Below, in pieces: positions 39,224 to 48,477 of a stretch of DNA of 64,000 nt. This DNA comes from an uncultured Acidobacteriota bacterium (GTDB taxonomy: Bacteria > Acidobacteriota > Vicinamibacteria > Fen-336). A program made the translations under genes and the position numbers. The stretch lies in NCBI GenBank assembly GCA_963720545.1, contig OY970399.1, forward strand, positions 1,856,001-1,920,000, given 5' to 3'. The stretch's first letter is position 1. Each line of letters begins with the position of its first letter. Below the pieces are notes generated by a model, which was given only the letters and a program-made list of their open reading frames with translations, was not told the DNA's origin and did no database searches.

Positions 39224-40188
39224 CACAGGGGCAGGCCGAGCCCCGGGCCCGGCTGCGTGCGGCGGGCTTCCTCGCCTTGCTGGGCGGGGCGGTGCTCTGC
39301 TTCTTCCTCCTCCGCTATGCCGGCGCGCCGAAGGGCGAACCGGTGCTGCCGCCGTCCCCCGCCGGCGTTCCGCAGCGCGTGGCGTCGCTCAACCTCGCCG
39401 CCGACGAAGTGCTCGCCGAGATCCTGCCGTCCGAGCGCCTCGTCGGCGTGACCCGCTTCGTCGACGAGCCGGGCACGTCGAACATCGTCGGCCGCGTGCC
39501 GCCGCAGATCTTTCGCTTCCCCAAGGCCGACATGGAGGCGCTCATCGCCCGCCAGGCCGACCTGGTCGTGATCTCCGAATACACCGACGCCGACTTTCGC
39601 GCGCTGCTGTTGCGCTCGGGCATGCAGGTGCACGCGATGCGCGGGCTCGACACCTTCGACGGCGTGCGCCGCGCCATCCTCGACCTCGGCAGCGCGGTGG
39701 GTGAAGCCGGCAGCGCTGCCCGCGTGGTCCAGGAATTCGACGGGCGCCGCGCCGCGCTGCGCGCGAAGCTCGCCGGGCTGACGCAGCCGCGCGTTCTCTA
39801 CTGGTCCGGCGGCATGACCGCCGGTGGGAAGACGGCGATCGGTTCGCTGATCGAGGAAGCGGGCGGCATCAACGTCGGCGCGGAGCTGAAGGTCAAGGGC
39901 ATCCTGCCGATCGGCGGCGAACGCGCCTACGCCGCCGACCCCGACGTGTTCCTGGCCGGCGACTTCGGCCAGGGCGCCGACGAGCTGCGCCAGCATCCGC
40001 TGCTGCGCAACGCGCGCGCCGTGCGCGAGGGGCGCATCGTGCAACTGCCGAACCAGCTGCTCGTCACGCTCAGCCAGCATCTCGCCGAGTCGGCCTGGCA
40101 GCTCGCCGCGCTGCTGCACCCGGGCCTCATCGCCGTGCCCGCGCCCAGCCAGAGTCCAAACGACGTGCCCCACGCCGCACGGCCGTGA
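39220..40188 (+). CDS. btuF: Cobalamin ABC transporter substrate-binding protein
   Basis: N-terminal TM anchor, PQRVASLNLAADE, DPDV, AVREGRI; GTGA overlap. Confidence 0.8.
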   Translation: MTQGQAEPRARLRAAGFLALLGGAVLCFFLLRYAGAPKGEPVLPPSPAGVPQRVASLNLAADEVLAEILPSERLVGVTRFVDEPGTSNIVGRVPPQIFRFPKADMEALIARQADLVVISEYTDADFRALLLRSGMQVHAMRGLDTFDGVRRAILDLGSAVGEAGSAARVVQEFDGRRAALRAKLAGLTQPRVLYWSGGMTAGGKTAIGSLIEEAGGINVGAELKVKGILPIGGERAYAADPDVFLAGDFGQGADELRQHPLLRNARAVREGRIVQLPNQLLVTLSQHLAESAWQLAALLHPGLIAVPAPSQSPNDVPHAARP

Positions 40189-41195
40189 GCCCGCCACGCA
40201 CGGGCGTCCTCGGCGTGCTCGCCGCAGCGCTTCTGCTGGCGGCGGTCGCAGGCATCTGTCTCGGCAGCGTGCCCCTGTCGCTGCGCGAAGTGGCGACGGA
40301 ACTGGGGCGGCGCCTCTCGGGAGGCGCCGCCGCCGGTGCGCCGGTCGAAAACATCGTCTGGGCGGTGCGCCTGCCGCGCGTCCTGCTCGCCGCCGTCGTC
40401 GGCGGCGGCCTGGCGGTGGTTGGCGCGACCCTGCAGTCGGTATTTCGCAACCCGCTCGCCGACGCCGGACTCCTCGGAGTCGGCGCCGGTGCTGCGCTCG
40501 GCGGCGTCATCGCTGTCTACACCGGCTGGGCCGCAACCACCTTCTTCGCGCTGCCCGCGGCCGCGTTTGCTGGCGCCCTCCTTGCCTCCCTCGTCATCTA
40601 CGGCGTCGCGCACCTGAGCGGCCGGCCGTCGCTCTACGAGCTGCTGCTCACCGGCCTGTCGGTCTCGGCTCTCGCCAGCGCCGGGCTGTCGATCCTGCTC
40701 GTCGCGACCGAGGAATTCCGCGTGAAGACGGTGCTCTTCTGGCTCGCCGGCGGCCTGGAGGGCCGCAGCTGGCCGCACCTCTGGGCGAGCGGTTCGCTGG
40801 TGCTCGCCGGCGTCCTGGGCCTGTTCCTGTTCTCTCGCGTCCTCGATGCGCTTTCGCTCGGCGACGACGAGGCGGCCTCGCTCGGCATCGGGCTGCACGG
40901 CACGCGCATGGCGCTCCTGGCGCTCGCTTCGCTCGTGGCGGGCGCCGCGACCGCGATCTCCGGCTCGGTGCCGTTCGTCGGCCTGGTGGCGCCGCACGCG
41001 CTGCGCCGCCTCGTGGGGCCGCGAGCGAGCCTGCTGCTGCCCGCGTCGTTCCTCGGCGGCGGAACGCTCGTGGTGCTCGCCGACCTCTGCTCGCGGGTCG
41101 CGGGACGCGGCATCGACCTGCCGCTTGGCTCGCTCACCGCGATCGTCGGCGCGCCCTACCTGCTGCTGGCGTTGCGCGCCAATCGGGGCCGCTGA
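40185..41195 (+). CDS. btuC: FecCD/BtuC-family ABC permease
   Basis: VRLPRVLLA, QSVFRNPLAD, LGDDEAASLG, FVGLVAPH, GAPY. Confidence 0.9.
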   Translation: MSPPRTGVLGVLAAALLLAAVAGICLGSVPLSLREVATELGRRLSGGAAAGAPVENIVWAVRLPRVLLAAVVGGGLAVVGATLQSVFRNPLADAGLLGVGAGAALGGVIAVYTGWAATTFFALPAAAFAGALLASLVIYGVAHLSGRPSLYELLLTGLSVSALASAGLSILLVATEEFRVKTVLFWLAGGLEGRSWPHLWASGSLVLAGVLGLFLFSRVLDALSLGDDEAASLGIGLHGTRMALLALASLVAGAATAISGSVPFVGLVAPHALRRLVGPRASLLLPASFLGGGTLVVLADLCSRVAGRGIDLPLGSLTAIVGAPYLLLALRANRGR

Positions 41196-41983
41196 TGGCG
41201 ACCACCCGCGTTCCCCGGCTGCGCGCGCAGGATGTCGCGGCGCACCGTGGCAGCCGGCAGGTGCTGCACGGCGTCTCGCTCGCGGTCGGCGCCGGCGAAG
41301 CCGTTGCGCTCATCGGACCGAACGCGGCCGGCAAGTCCACGCTGCTGCGGGTACTCGCCGGACTGATGCGGCCGAGCGCCGGCAGCGTGTTCCTCGACGA
41401 GCGGCCGCTGGCGACACTTGCGCGCGACGCGATGGCACGCACCATGGCGCTCGTGTCTCCCGACCAGGAAGGCTTTGGCGCGTTGACCGTGCGCGACCGT
41501 GTGGCCCTGGGCCGCTATCCGTATCTCGGCCCGCTGCGGCCCCCGGCGCTGGCGGATCTGCAGGCCGTCGAGCGTGCCCTGGCGCTCGCCGGCATTGCGC
41601 ACCTCGCCGAGCGCCGCCTGGCGACGCTCTCCGCCGGCGAGAAGCAGCTCTCGGCGCTGGCGCGGGCGCTGGCGCAGGAGCCGCGCGTGCTGCTGCTCGA
41701 CGAACCGGCGGCACATCTCGACGTCGGCCACGCGCTGCAGCTGTTCGCGGTCCTCGACCAGATCCGCGCCGGCGGTGTCGCGGTGCTCGCCGTGATCCAC
41801 GACCTGGCACGGGCCGCCGCCTGGGCCGAACGCGCGCTGCTGCTCGTCGACGGCACGCTTGCCGGCAGCGGCACGCCGCGCGAGGTGCTGACGAGCGAAG
41901 CGTGCGCGCGCGCCTTCGGCGTGGCCGTGCGCCTCGAGGAGGGAGCGTCGGGCGCACACTATCGGTTCGAGCTGCGGCAGTGA
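41195..41983 (+). CDS. btuD: ABC transporter ATPase (BtuD/FecE-like)
   Basis: GPNAAGKST, LSAGE, LLLDEP, IHDL. Confidence 0.9.
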   Translation: MATTRVPRLRAQDVAAHRGSRQVLHGVSLAVGAGEAVALIGPNAAGKSTLLRVLAGLMRPSAGSVFLDERPLATLARDAMARTMALVSPDQEGFGALTVRDRVALGRYPYLGPLRPPALADLQAVERALALAGIAHLAERRLATLSAGEKQLSALARALAQEPRVLLLDEPAAHLDVGHALQLFAVLDQIRAGGVAVLAVIHDLARAAAWAERALLLVDGTLAGSGTPREVLTSEACARAFGVAVRLEEGASGAHYRFELRQ

Positions 41984-42915
41984 ACTCCAAAGAGGCTGCG
42001 ACACCGTACCTGCGCATCGCGACGCTCCTGCCGGCCGCCACCGAGATCGTCTGCGCGCTGGGCCTGCGCGACAACCTCGTGGGCCGTTCGCACGAATGCG
42101 ATTTCCCGGCGGACGTCCTCGACCTGCCGGTGCTGACGAAGGCGCGGGTCGATTCGTCGCTGCCGAGTGCTCGGCTCGATGCCGAGGTGAAGCGCATCCT
42201 GGCCGCGCGGCTGCCGCTCTACGATGTCGATGCGGCGCAGCTCGACTCGCTGCAGCCCGACATCATCGTGACGCAGGAAGCGTGCGAGGTTTGCGCCGTC
42301 TCGTACGACCAGGTGGTTGCTGCCACCACGGGTTTCAACCGGCCGCCGCGGATCGTGTCGCTCGGTCCGGGCAGCCTTGCTGACGTGCTCGCCGACATTC
42401 GCGGCGTGGCGGCAGCGTGCGGCGTGGCCGCGAACGGGACGGCGCTCGTCAACGACTTGATCGCCCGGCTGGCGCTCGCCGGCGCCGGCCCGCACACCAC
42501 GCATGCGCCGCGCACCCGGCCGCGTGTGGCGGTGGTCGAATGGCTCGAGCCGCCGATGCTCGCCGGACACTGGACCCACGACGTGATCGCTGCCGCGGGC
42601 GCCCTGCCGCTCGGCCCCGGGCCCGGACAGCCATCGGCCTACGCGAGCTGGGAGGAAATCGCGGCGCTCGCTCCGGATGCGGTGGTAGTGGCGCCCTGCG
42701 GGTTCGACCTGGAGCGCACCTGCCGCGAGGCGGCGCCCCTTGAAAAGCGGCTTCTGGCCCTGGCGCCGCGGGTCCTGCTGCTCGATGGAAACGCGCTCAT
42801 CAATCGTCCCGGACCGCGCCTGGTGGACGCCGCCGAGCTGATTGGTGATTGGCTTCACACTGGACACAACTCACATAGCCAAAGTGTTCAGCTGGCGTAC
42901 AATCCGCCGCGGTAG
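41980..42915 (+). CDS. Second BtuF/TroA-like helical-backbone binding protein, no evident signal peptide
   Basis: RIATLLPAATEIVCALG, VGRSHECDFP, PDIIVTQ..CEVCA, EWLEP...GHW, PCGF, NRPGPRL. Confidence 0.8.
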   Translation: MNSKEAATPYLRIATLLPAATEIVCALGLRDNLVGRSHECDFPADVLDLPVLTKARVDSSLPSARLDAEVKRILAARLPLYDVDAAQLDSLQPDIIVTQEACEVCAVSYDQVVAATTGFNRPPRIVSLGPGSLADVLADIRGVAAACGVAANGTALVNDLIARLALAGAGPHTTHAPRTRPRVAVVEWLEPPMLAGHWTHDVIAAAGALPLGPGPGQPSAYASWEEIAALAPDAVVVAPCGFDLERTCREAAPLEKRLLALAPRVLLLDGNALINRPGPRLVDAAELIGDWLHTGHNSHSQSVQLAYNPPR

Positions 42916-42925
42916 ACGACAACGT

Positions 42926-44164
42926 ATGCCCTACTTCGAACTAGACACGCTGCTCGCGACGATGCTCGACGCGGCGCCGCACATCTCCGACCTCAACTTG
43001 TCGGTGGGACGTGCGCCGCAGGTCGAGGTGGACGGAGAACTGCGCGCGGTGCCCTTCGGCGCCATCGAGCGGCTGCTGCCCTACCACACGGAAGTGGTCG
43101 CGATGCGCCTCCTGCAGGGCAAGCGCGAGGCGGCCGAAAAGCTGCTGCGCACCGGCTCCACCGACATTTCGTACAGCCTCATGGGGCGCACCCGCTTCCG
43201 GGTCAACATCTTTTCCCAGCGCGGCAGCTACTCGATCGTGCTGCGCGTCATCCCCAGCCGCATCCTCACCGTCGAGGAGCTCGGGCTGCCGACGCAGATC
43301 AACAACATCGCCAAGGAGCGCAACGGCATCGTCCTGGTGACCGGGCCGACCGGCTCGGGCAAGTCCACGAGCCTCGCGGCGGTCATCAACCGCATCAACC
43401 TCGACCAGGCCGTGCACATCGTCACCATCGAGGACCCGATCGAGTACCTGCATCCGCACCAGCGTGCGACCATCAACCAGCGCGAGGTCGGCGGCGACAC
43501 CCAGACCTTCGCGCTGGCGCTGCGCGCCGCCCTGCGCCAGGCGCCGAAGGTCATCCTGGTCGGCGAGATGCGCGACGTCGAGACCATCCAGATAGCGCTC
43601 GAGGCTTCGGAGACGGGCCACCTGGTGCTGTCGACGCTGCACACCATCGACGCCGCCAAGACCATCGACCGCATCGTCGGCGTCTTCCCCAAGAGCGAGG
43701 AGCGACAGATCCGCACGCGCTTCGCGCAGGCGTTCAAGTGGGTGGTGAGCCAGAAGCTGCTGCCGAAGAAGGGCGGCGGACGCATGGCGATCTGCGAGAT
43801 CCTGCGCGCCACCTCACGCACCCGCGAATACGTGCAGGAGGGCGAGCGCGAGGGCAAGAGCCTGATCGACGCGATGGAAGACGGGCACCTGGACGGCATG
43901 CAGACCTTCGACCACGAGATCGAGCGCCTCATCACCGCGGGCGTCATCGACAAGGAACTGGGCCTCACCTACGCGACCAACCGCACCAACCTGCAGCTGC
44001 TGCTCGAGACCGGCGGCTCGGACATCGGACCGACGATCGCCGCCAAGCCGAAGGAGCCGGTGCGGCGCACGCCGCCGCCGCCGCCGCCGGTGCGGGCCGC
44101 GAAGGGCGCGCCTGCCGCCGCCGAGAGCGACGAGCAGAGCTTCGAAGACCTCATCGAGCGCTAG
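42926..44164 (+). CDS. pilT: PilT/PilU-family type IV pilus retraction ATPase
   Basis: SDL, RFRVNIF, VTGPTGSGKST, TIEDPIE, ALRQAP.VILVGEMRD, TGHLVLSTLHT, GMQTFD. Confidence 0.9.
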   Translation: MPYFELDTLLATMLDAAPHISDLNLSVGRAPQVEVDGELRAVPFGAIERLLPYHTEVVAMRLLQGKREAAEKLLRTGSTDISYSLMGRTRFRVNIFSQRGSYSIVLRVIPSRILTVEELGLPTQINNIAKERNGIVLVTGPTGSGKSTSLAAVINRINLDQAVHIVTIEDPIEYLHPHQRATINQREVGGDTQTFALALRAALRQAPKVILVGEMRDVETIQIALEASETGHLVLSTLHTIDAAKTIDRIVGVFPKSEERQIRTRFAQAFKWVVSQKLLPKKGGGRMAICEILRATSRTREYVQEGEREGKSLIDAMEDGHLDGMQTFDHEIERLITAGVIDKELGLTYATNRTNLQLLLETGGSDIGPTIAAKPKEPVRRTPPPPPPVRAAKGAPAAAESDEQSFEDLIER

Positions 44165-44174
44165 GGCAATCAAC

Positions 44175-44789
44175 ATGCAGGCCACTTGCACCACGTGCGC
44201 GACGCTCCTCGAAGTCGACGACGCCAAGGCGCCGCAGCGCGCCTTCACGGTCACCTGCCCGAAGTGCAAGGGCACGGTCGACTTCCCGTCGCGCGAGGGC
44301 GTCATCCCGGCGGGAGCCGCGCTGCGGCCGAAGCCGAGCGTCGAGATGCCGCCGCTCGCCGGCCGCATGCTGGTGGCGGTTCCCAACCCGCAACTGGTCG
44401 CGGCCATCGACAAGGTCATGACGCGCATGGGGCTCATCGTCGAGACCACCGACGACTGGGAAACCGGCGCGCGCCTCATGGACCAGGGCGTCTACGAGTA
44501 CGCGGTGACGGTGCGCGCCCTGGCCGCCGCCGGCAAGACCGAGACCCTCTACCAGCGCACGCTTCGCATGCCGGCAGAAGTGCGGCGCGGGTTCTTCCTC
44601 ATCCTCGCGGGCGACGGCGAGTTCGCGACCGGCGACGGCACCCAGGCGTTCGCGCTGCTCGCCGACTTCGTCATGAACTCGGCCGACATCGCCACCGTGG
44701 AGCCCACCCTGCGCAGCGCGATCGAGGAACGGCACCGGATGTACCAGGCGATGCGCGACGCCCGCAAGCGCATCGAAACCGTCGGCTGA
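44175..44789 (+). CDS. Zinc-ribbon (MJ0042-type) domain protein with a receiver-like C-terminal domain
   Basis: CTTC-X20-CPKC at the N-terminus; alpha/beta C-terminal region. Confidence 0.7.
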   Translation: MQATCTTCATLLEVDDAKAPQRAFTVTCPKCKGTVDFPSREGVIPAGAALRPKPSVEMPPLAGRMLVAVPNPQLVAAIDKVMTRMGLIVETTDDWETGARLMDQGVYEYAVTVRALAAAGKTETLYQRTLRMPAEVRRGFFLILAGDGEFATGDGTQAFALLADFVMNSADIATVEPTLRSAIEERHRMYQAMRDARKRIETVG

Positions 44790-44794
44790 AGCCA

Positions 44795-44816
44795 CTTCGC
44801 GCCGGCTGGCGCGAAG
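44795..44816. terminator. Stem-loop, possible terminator
   Basis: CTTCGCGCC-GGCT-GGCGCGAAG 5 nt after the stop; no U-tract. Confidence 0.4.
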
Positions 44817-44915
44817 CCGACTCGCGCGAGTCCCCACTCACCCCTGGCGGGGCCTGAATCACCCCCGGCGCGGACCGCGAGCGCCTTTGATATGTTCGAA
44901 GGACCTGGAGGCTCC

Positions 44916-46331
44916 ATGCGTTCGCGAACCCTGATGCTCGCCGCCGCCTTGTCCGGCCTGGCCATTGGTCAAGGCTCCGTCGCCCAGGCGGCGGCGCTGC
45001 CCGGCACGGTGCTGGACGTGGCCGCCAACCCCGTGAAGCAACGCGTGTACGCGGCCGTGCAGCTGGCAGGCGGCGGCTACGCAGTCGCGGTGTTGAACGC
45101 CAACACCGGCGCCCTGCTGCCGGCGATACCGGTTGCCGACAGCCTCCGCGGGCTCGCTGTGAACCAGGCAACGAATCGCATCTATACCCGGCATCCAGGC
45201 CAGTTGCAGGTGATCAACGGGCAGCGTGGCACCGTACTGAAGACGGTGACGATTGCGGGCACCACGCGCGCGCTCGCGGTCGATGCCGCGGCCAACCGCG
45301 TCTACGTCGCGGTTGACGACCGCATCGCGGTCGTCAACGGCCAGAACAACACGGTGATCGGCTCGATCGACAGCCACGGGCCCGTCCAGGCGCTGGCGGT
45401 CGATGCGTTGCACGGGCGCATCTTTGTCCTGCGCACCGCGGGCGGCGTGTCGGAGTTCGCGGCGTTCGACCTGGCGTCTGGCGCGGAGCTCGGCGCGCTC
45501 CCCTTCGGCACCGATGCGCTCGACGGACTCGCCGTCAACCCCCAGCGCCAGCGCGCCTACCTGGCCCACGGCGACTCCGTGACGGTCGTCGACACCGCCG
45601 CTCTCGCTTCGCTCGGGCCGCTCGCGAGCCTCGGTTCGGCGACGGGCAAGCTGGTGGCCGACCCGGCGCGCTCGCGCGTCTACGTGCGCACCGCCGACGG
45701 CTTTGTCAACGAGCTGAACGAGGACACGCTGCAGTTCACGCTGCGGGTGCTGACCAACTCGACGAACAGCGGCCTCGCGCTCGATGCGACCGGCAAGTGG
45801 CTGTACTCCGGAGGCCCCGGCCAGAACCTGGTGGCCACCCGTCTCGACGAGCTGCTCCGCAACGCCTCGCTGGAGTACGAAGTCGCCGGCGCCAACCCGG
45901 GCTGGCCGGCGAACTGGGAGACGTTCGACCTCGTCACCGGCGCCGACACGCTCGTGACCGGCGCCGACATCTGGGACGGTGCTGCGGCCCTGCACCTGAC
46001 CGGAGCCGCGGGGGTCGCGAAGGTGCTGCGCCAGATCACGCCGATGAGCGGCGCCACCGGCACCGTGCTGCGCTTCGAGGCGAGCAGCAAGACCACCGGC
46101 TCCTCCGCCACCGGCAGCTACTACAAGGTGTTCCATCGCATCCGCCACCTCGACGGCTCGGTGCGCAACGTGTGGCTGCGCTTCACCCCCGGCACCCACG
46201 GCTGGGAAACGCAGAGCGCGCGCATCACGATGAAGAAGCCCTTCGACCGCATCACCACCACGATCGAATTCGTGGACCAGGCGGGCGAAGCCTGGTTCGA
46301 TGGCCTGCACGCCTGGGTCGACCAGCCGTAG
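44916..46331 (+). CDS. Secreted YncE-like beta-propeller protein with a C-terminal carbohydrate-binding-like domain
   Basis: Signal peptide; repeats LAVN/LAVD...RVYV; LLRNASLE...GTHGWE...AWFDG jelly-roll-like C-terminus; SD GGAGG. Confidence 0.7.
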   Translation: MRSRTLMLAAALSGLAIGQGSVAQAAALPGTVLDVAANPVKQRVYAAVQLAGGGYAVAVLNANTGALLPAIPVADSLRGLAVNQATNRIYTRHPGQLQVINGQRGTVLKTVTIAGTTRALAVDAAANRVYVAVDDRIAVVNGQNNTVIGSIDSHGPVQALAVDALHGRIFVLRTAGGVSEFAAFDLASGAELGALPFGTDALDGLAVNPQRQRAYLAHGDSVTVVDTAALASLGPLASLGSATGKLVADPARSRVYVRTADGFVNELNEDTLQFTLRVLTNSTNSGLALDATGKWLYSGGPGQNLVATRLDELLRNASLEYEVAGANPGWPANWETFDLVTGADTLVTGADIWDGAAALHLTGAAGVAKVLRQITPMSGATGTVLRFEASSKTTGSSATGSYYKVFHRIRHLDGSVRNVWLRFTPGTHGWETQSARITMKKPFDRITTTIEFVDQAGEAWFDGLHAWVDQP

Positions 46332-46401
46332 ATCGAACCGTCCGTCGCAGCGCTTTGCGCGCCGGTCCCGCTGCCACGTCTGAGCGCGCCGCCGGGGAGG
46401 G

Positions 46402-48303
46402 TTAGCTCGCGGCGGCGCGTTCCACAACGTCGAGAAAGCCGGCGCCGAAGCGGTCGGCCTTCGCCTGGCCGATGCCGTGCACCGCGAGCAGGGCACTGAG
46501 GGTGCGCGGCCGAACCGTGGCGATTTCGCGCAAGGTGCGGTCGCTCGCGACCACGTAGGGCGGCACGCTGTCGCGCCGGGCGATGGCGCTGCGGTGCCCG
46601 CGCAGTGCCTCGAAGAGCGCAGCGGCGGTGGCGTCGAGTGCGAACTCATCGTTCACCGCGGAAGACCCGCGCCGTGAACCGGAGCGGTCGCGCCGCCCCG
46701 AAGAACGGCCCGGGCCGACTGCTGTCGCAAGACTCGGCAGCAGCAGGCGCACCGGCCTCTCGCCTTTCATGACCGAACGGCCCGCCTCGGTGAGCAGCAC
46801 CATCGGCCGGTCGCCGCCGGTGAAGTCGACCCAGCCGGCCGTGACGCAGCGGCGCAGCAGCCGCTGCAGCCAGGTGTCGGAATGCTCGCGCAGCGAGCCG
46901 AACGTCGGCGTCTGGTCGAGCCCCTCCCGTGAAAGGCGCGGATCGGCTTCGCCGCGCAGCAGGCGCACCGCCATCTGCAGCCCGAAGCGCCGGTGCAGCC
47001 GCGCAACCGCGGACAGACCCTTGCGCACCACCAGCGACACCTCCTCGCCGGAGCTGCCGCCGCTGTGCAGCGACTCGCACGCGTCGCACTTGCCGCAGCC
47101 ATCGAGCGTCTCGGCTTCGTCGCCGAAGTAGCGCAGGATGGCGTCGTGCCGGCAGCTGCCGCCCTCGACCCAGCGCATCAGCTCGAGGAACAGTCCCCAC
47201 TTGTGCGCGCGGCTGTCTTCGCTGCCGCCATCCATCTCGAGCAAGCGCCGGCGCCGCGGCAGGTCGCCGGGTGAAACCAGCATCAGCCCGAAGGCCGGCG
47301 CGTCGTCGCGGCCGGCGCGGCCGATTTCCTGGTAGTACGCCTCGATGGACCCAGGCGGTGCCAGGTGCACGACCGCGCGCACGTCGGCGCGATCGATGCC
47401 CATGCCGAAGGCGTTGGTTGCCACCATCGCGTCCAACTCGCCCGCCAGAAACGCTGCTTGAGATGAGGCACGCTTCGCCGCTGCGAGCCCGGCGTGGTAG
47501 ACGTCGGCACGCAAGCCGCGCCCGCCGAGGCGCGCCGCCTCTTCTTCCGCCGCGAGGCGCGTGGGCGCGTATACGATGGCGACTCCCTTGCGACTGCCCG
47601 CGGGGCCGAGCGCTTCATCGAGCAGCGCATCGACGTACTGGGATCGCTGCGTGGCTTTTTCCACCTCGACCGCGCGCAGGTGCAGGTTGGGGCGGGCAAA
47701 GCCGTGGACGTGCTGCGGCGTATCGGGCTCGAGGCCAAGCCGGGCCAGGATCTCGTCGCGCACCACCGGTGTGGCGGTGGCGGTGCACGCCAGCACCCGC
47801 GCCGCGGGCAGCGCCGAGACCACCGACGCGATGTCGAGATACTCCGGCCGGAAGTCGTGTCCCCACTCGCTGATGCAGTGCGCTTCGTCGATGACCACGA
47901 GCGGCACGGTGATGCGCTGCAGCATGTCGCGAAACGCCGGGATGACGAGCCGCTCCGGAGCGACATAAACAAGGGAGTACTCCCCGGCCGCCAGGTTTTC
48001 CATGCGGCGGCGGTTCTCGGCTGCATCGAGTGTGGAAGCAAGAAAGGTGGCGCGCACGCCCTTGGCGGTGAGGGCGATGACCTGGTCGTTCATCAGCGCG
48101 ACCAGCGGCGAAACCACGAGCGTGGTGCCGGGAAGGAGCGTCGCCGGCAGCTGGTACGTCAGGCTCTTGCCGCGGCCCGTCGGCGCCACGAGCAGCAGCT
48201 TGCCGCCCGCGAGCAGAGTTTCGATCGCCTCTCGCTGTCCCGGCCGGAAAGCGGCATGCCCGAGCCGTTTCAGCGCCGCGTCGATCGCCTGAGCCGTTTC
48301 CAT
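46402..48303 (-). CDS. recQ: RecQ-family ATP-dependent DNA helicase with HRDC domain
   Basis: FRPGQ, PTGRGKS, DEAHCISEWGHDFRP, TATAT, ATNAFGMGID, QEIGRAGRD, CGKCDAC, VPPYVV. Confidence 0.93.
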   Translation of the reverse strand: METAQAIDAALKRLGHAAFRPGQREAIETLLAGGKLLLVAPTGRGKSLTYQLPATLLPGTTLVVSPLVALMNDQVIALTAKGVRATFLASTLDAAENRRRMENLAAGEYSLVYVAPERLVIPAFRDMLQRITVPLVVIDEAHCISEWGHDFRPEYLDIASVVSALPAARVLACTATATPVVRDEILARLGLEPDTPQHVHGFARPNLHLRAVEVEKATQRSQYVDALLDEALGPAGSRKGVAIVYAPTRLAAEEEAARLGGRGLRADVYHAGLAAAKRASSQAAFLAGELDAMVATNAFGMGIDRADVRAVVHLAPPGSIEAYYQEIGRAGRDDAPAFGLMLVSPGDLPRRRRLLEMDGGSEDSRAHKWGLFLELMRWVEGGSCRHDAILRYFGDEAETLDGCGKCDACESLHSGGSSGEEVSLVVRKGLSAVARLHRRFGLQMAVRLLRGEADPRLSREGLDQTPTFGSLREHSDTWLQRLLRRCVTAGWVDFTGGDRPMVLLTEAGRSVMKGERPVRLLLPSLATAVGPGRSSGRRDRSGSRRGSSAVNDEFALDATAAALFEALRGHRSAIARRDSVPPYVVASDRTLREIATVRPRTLSALLAVHGIGQAKADRFGAGFLDVVERAAAS

Positions 48304-48362
48304 CGCCAGCAAGCTTCCCACATCGCCGTGCCGCAGCAGGACCGAACAAGGCCGTTGTAAGA

Positions 48363-48477
48363 GTGAACTGCGTCCGGACGCAGTCCACCAGTTTTGGGAC
48401 GAGGGGCATCAGGAATGAGAGGTCCCCTCGGCCCAACTAACGACACGAAGGCCTCGGGAAAACGGGCCTTCGGGTGT
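48363..48477. other. Intergenic cluster of three stem-loops between glgP and recQ
   Basis: 18-bp perfect palindrome 48367-48384; TTGGGACGAGGGG/CCCCTCGGCCCAA; ACACGAAGGCC/GGCCTTCGGGTGT. Confidence 0.5.
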
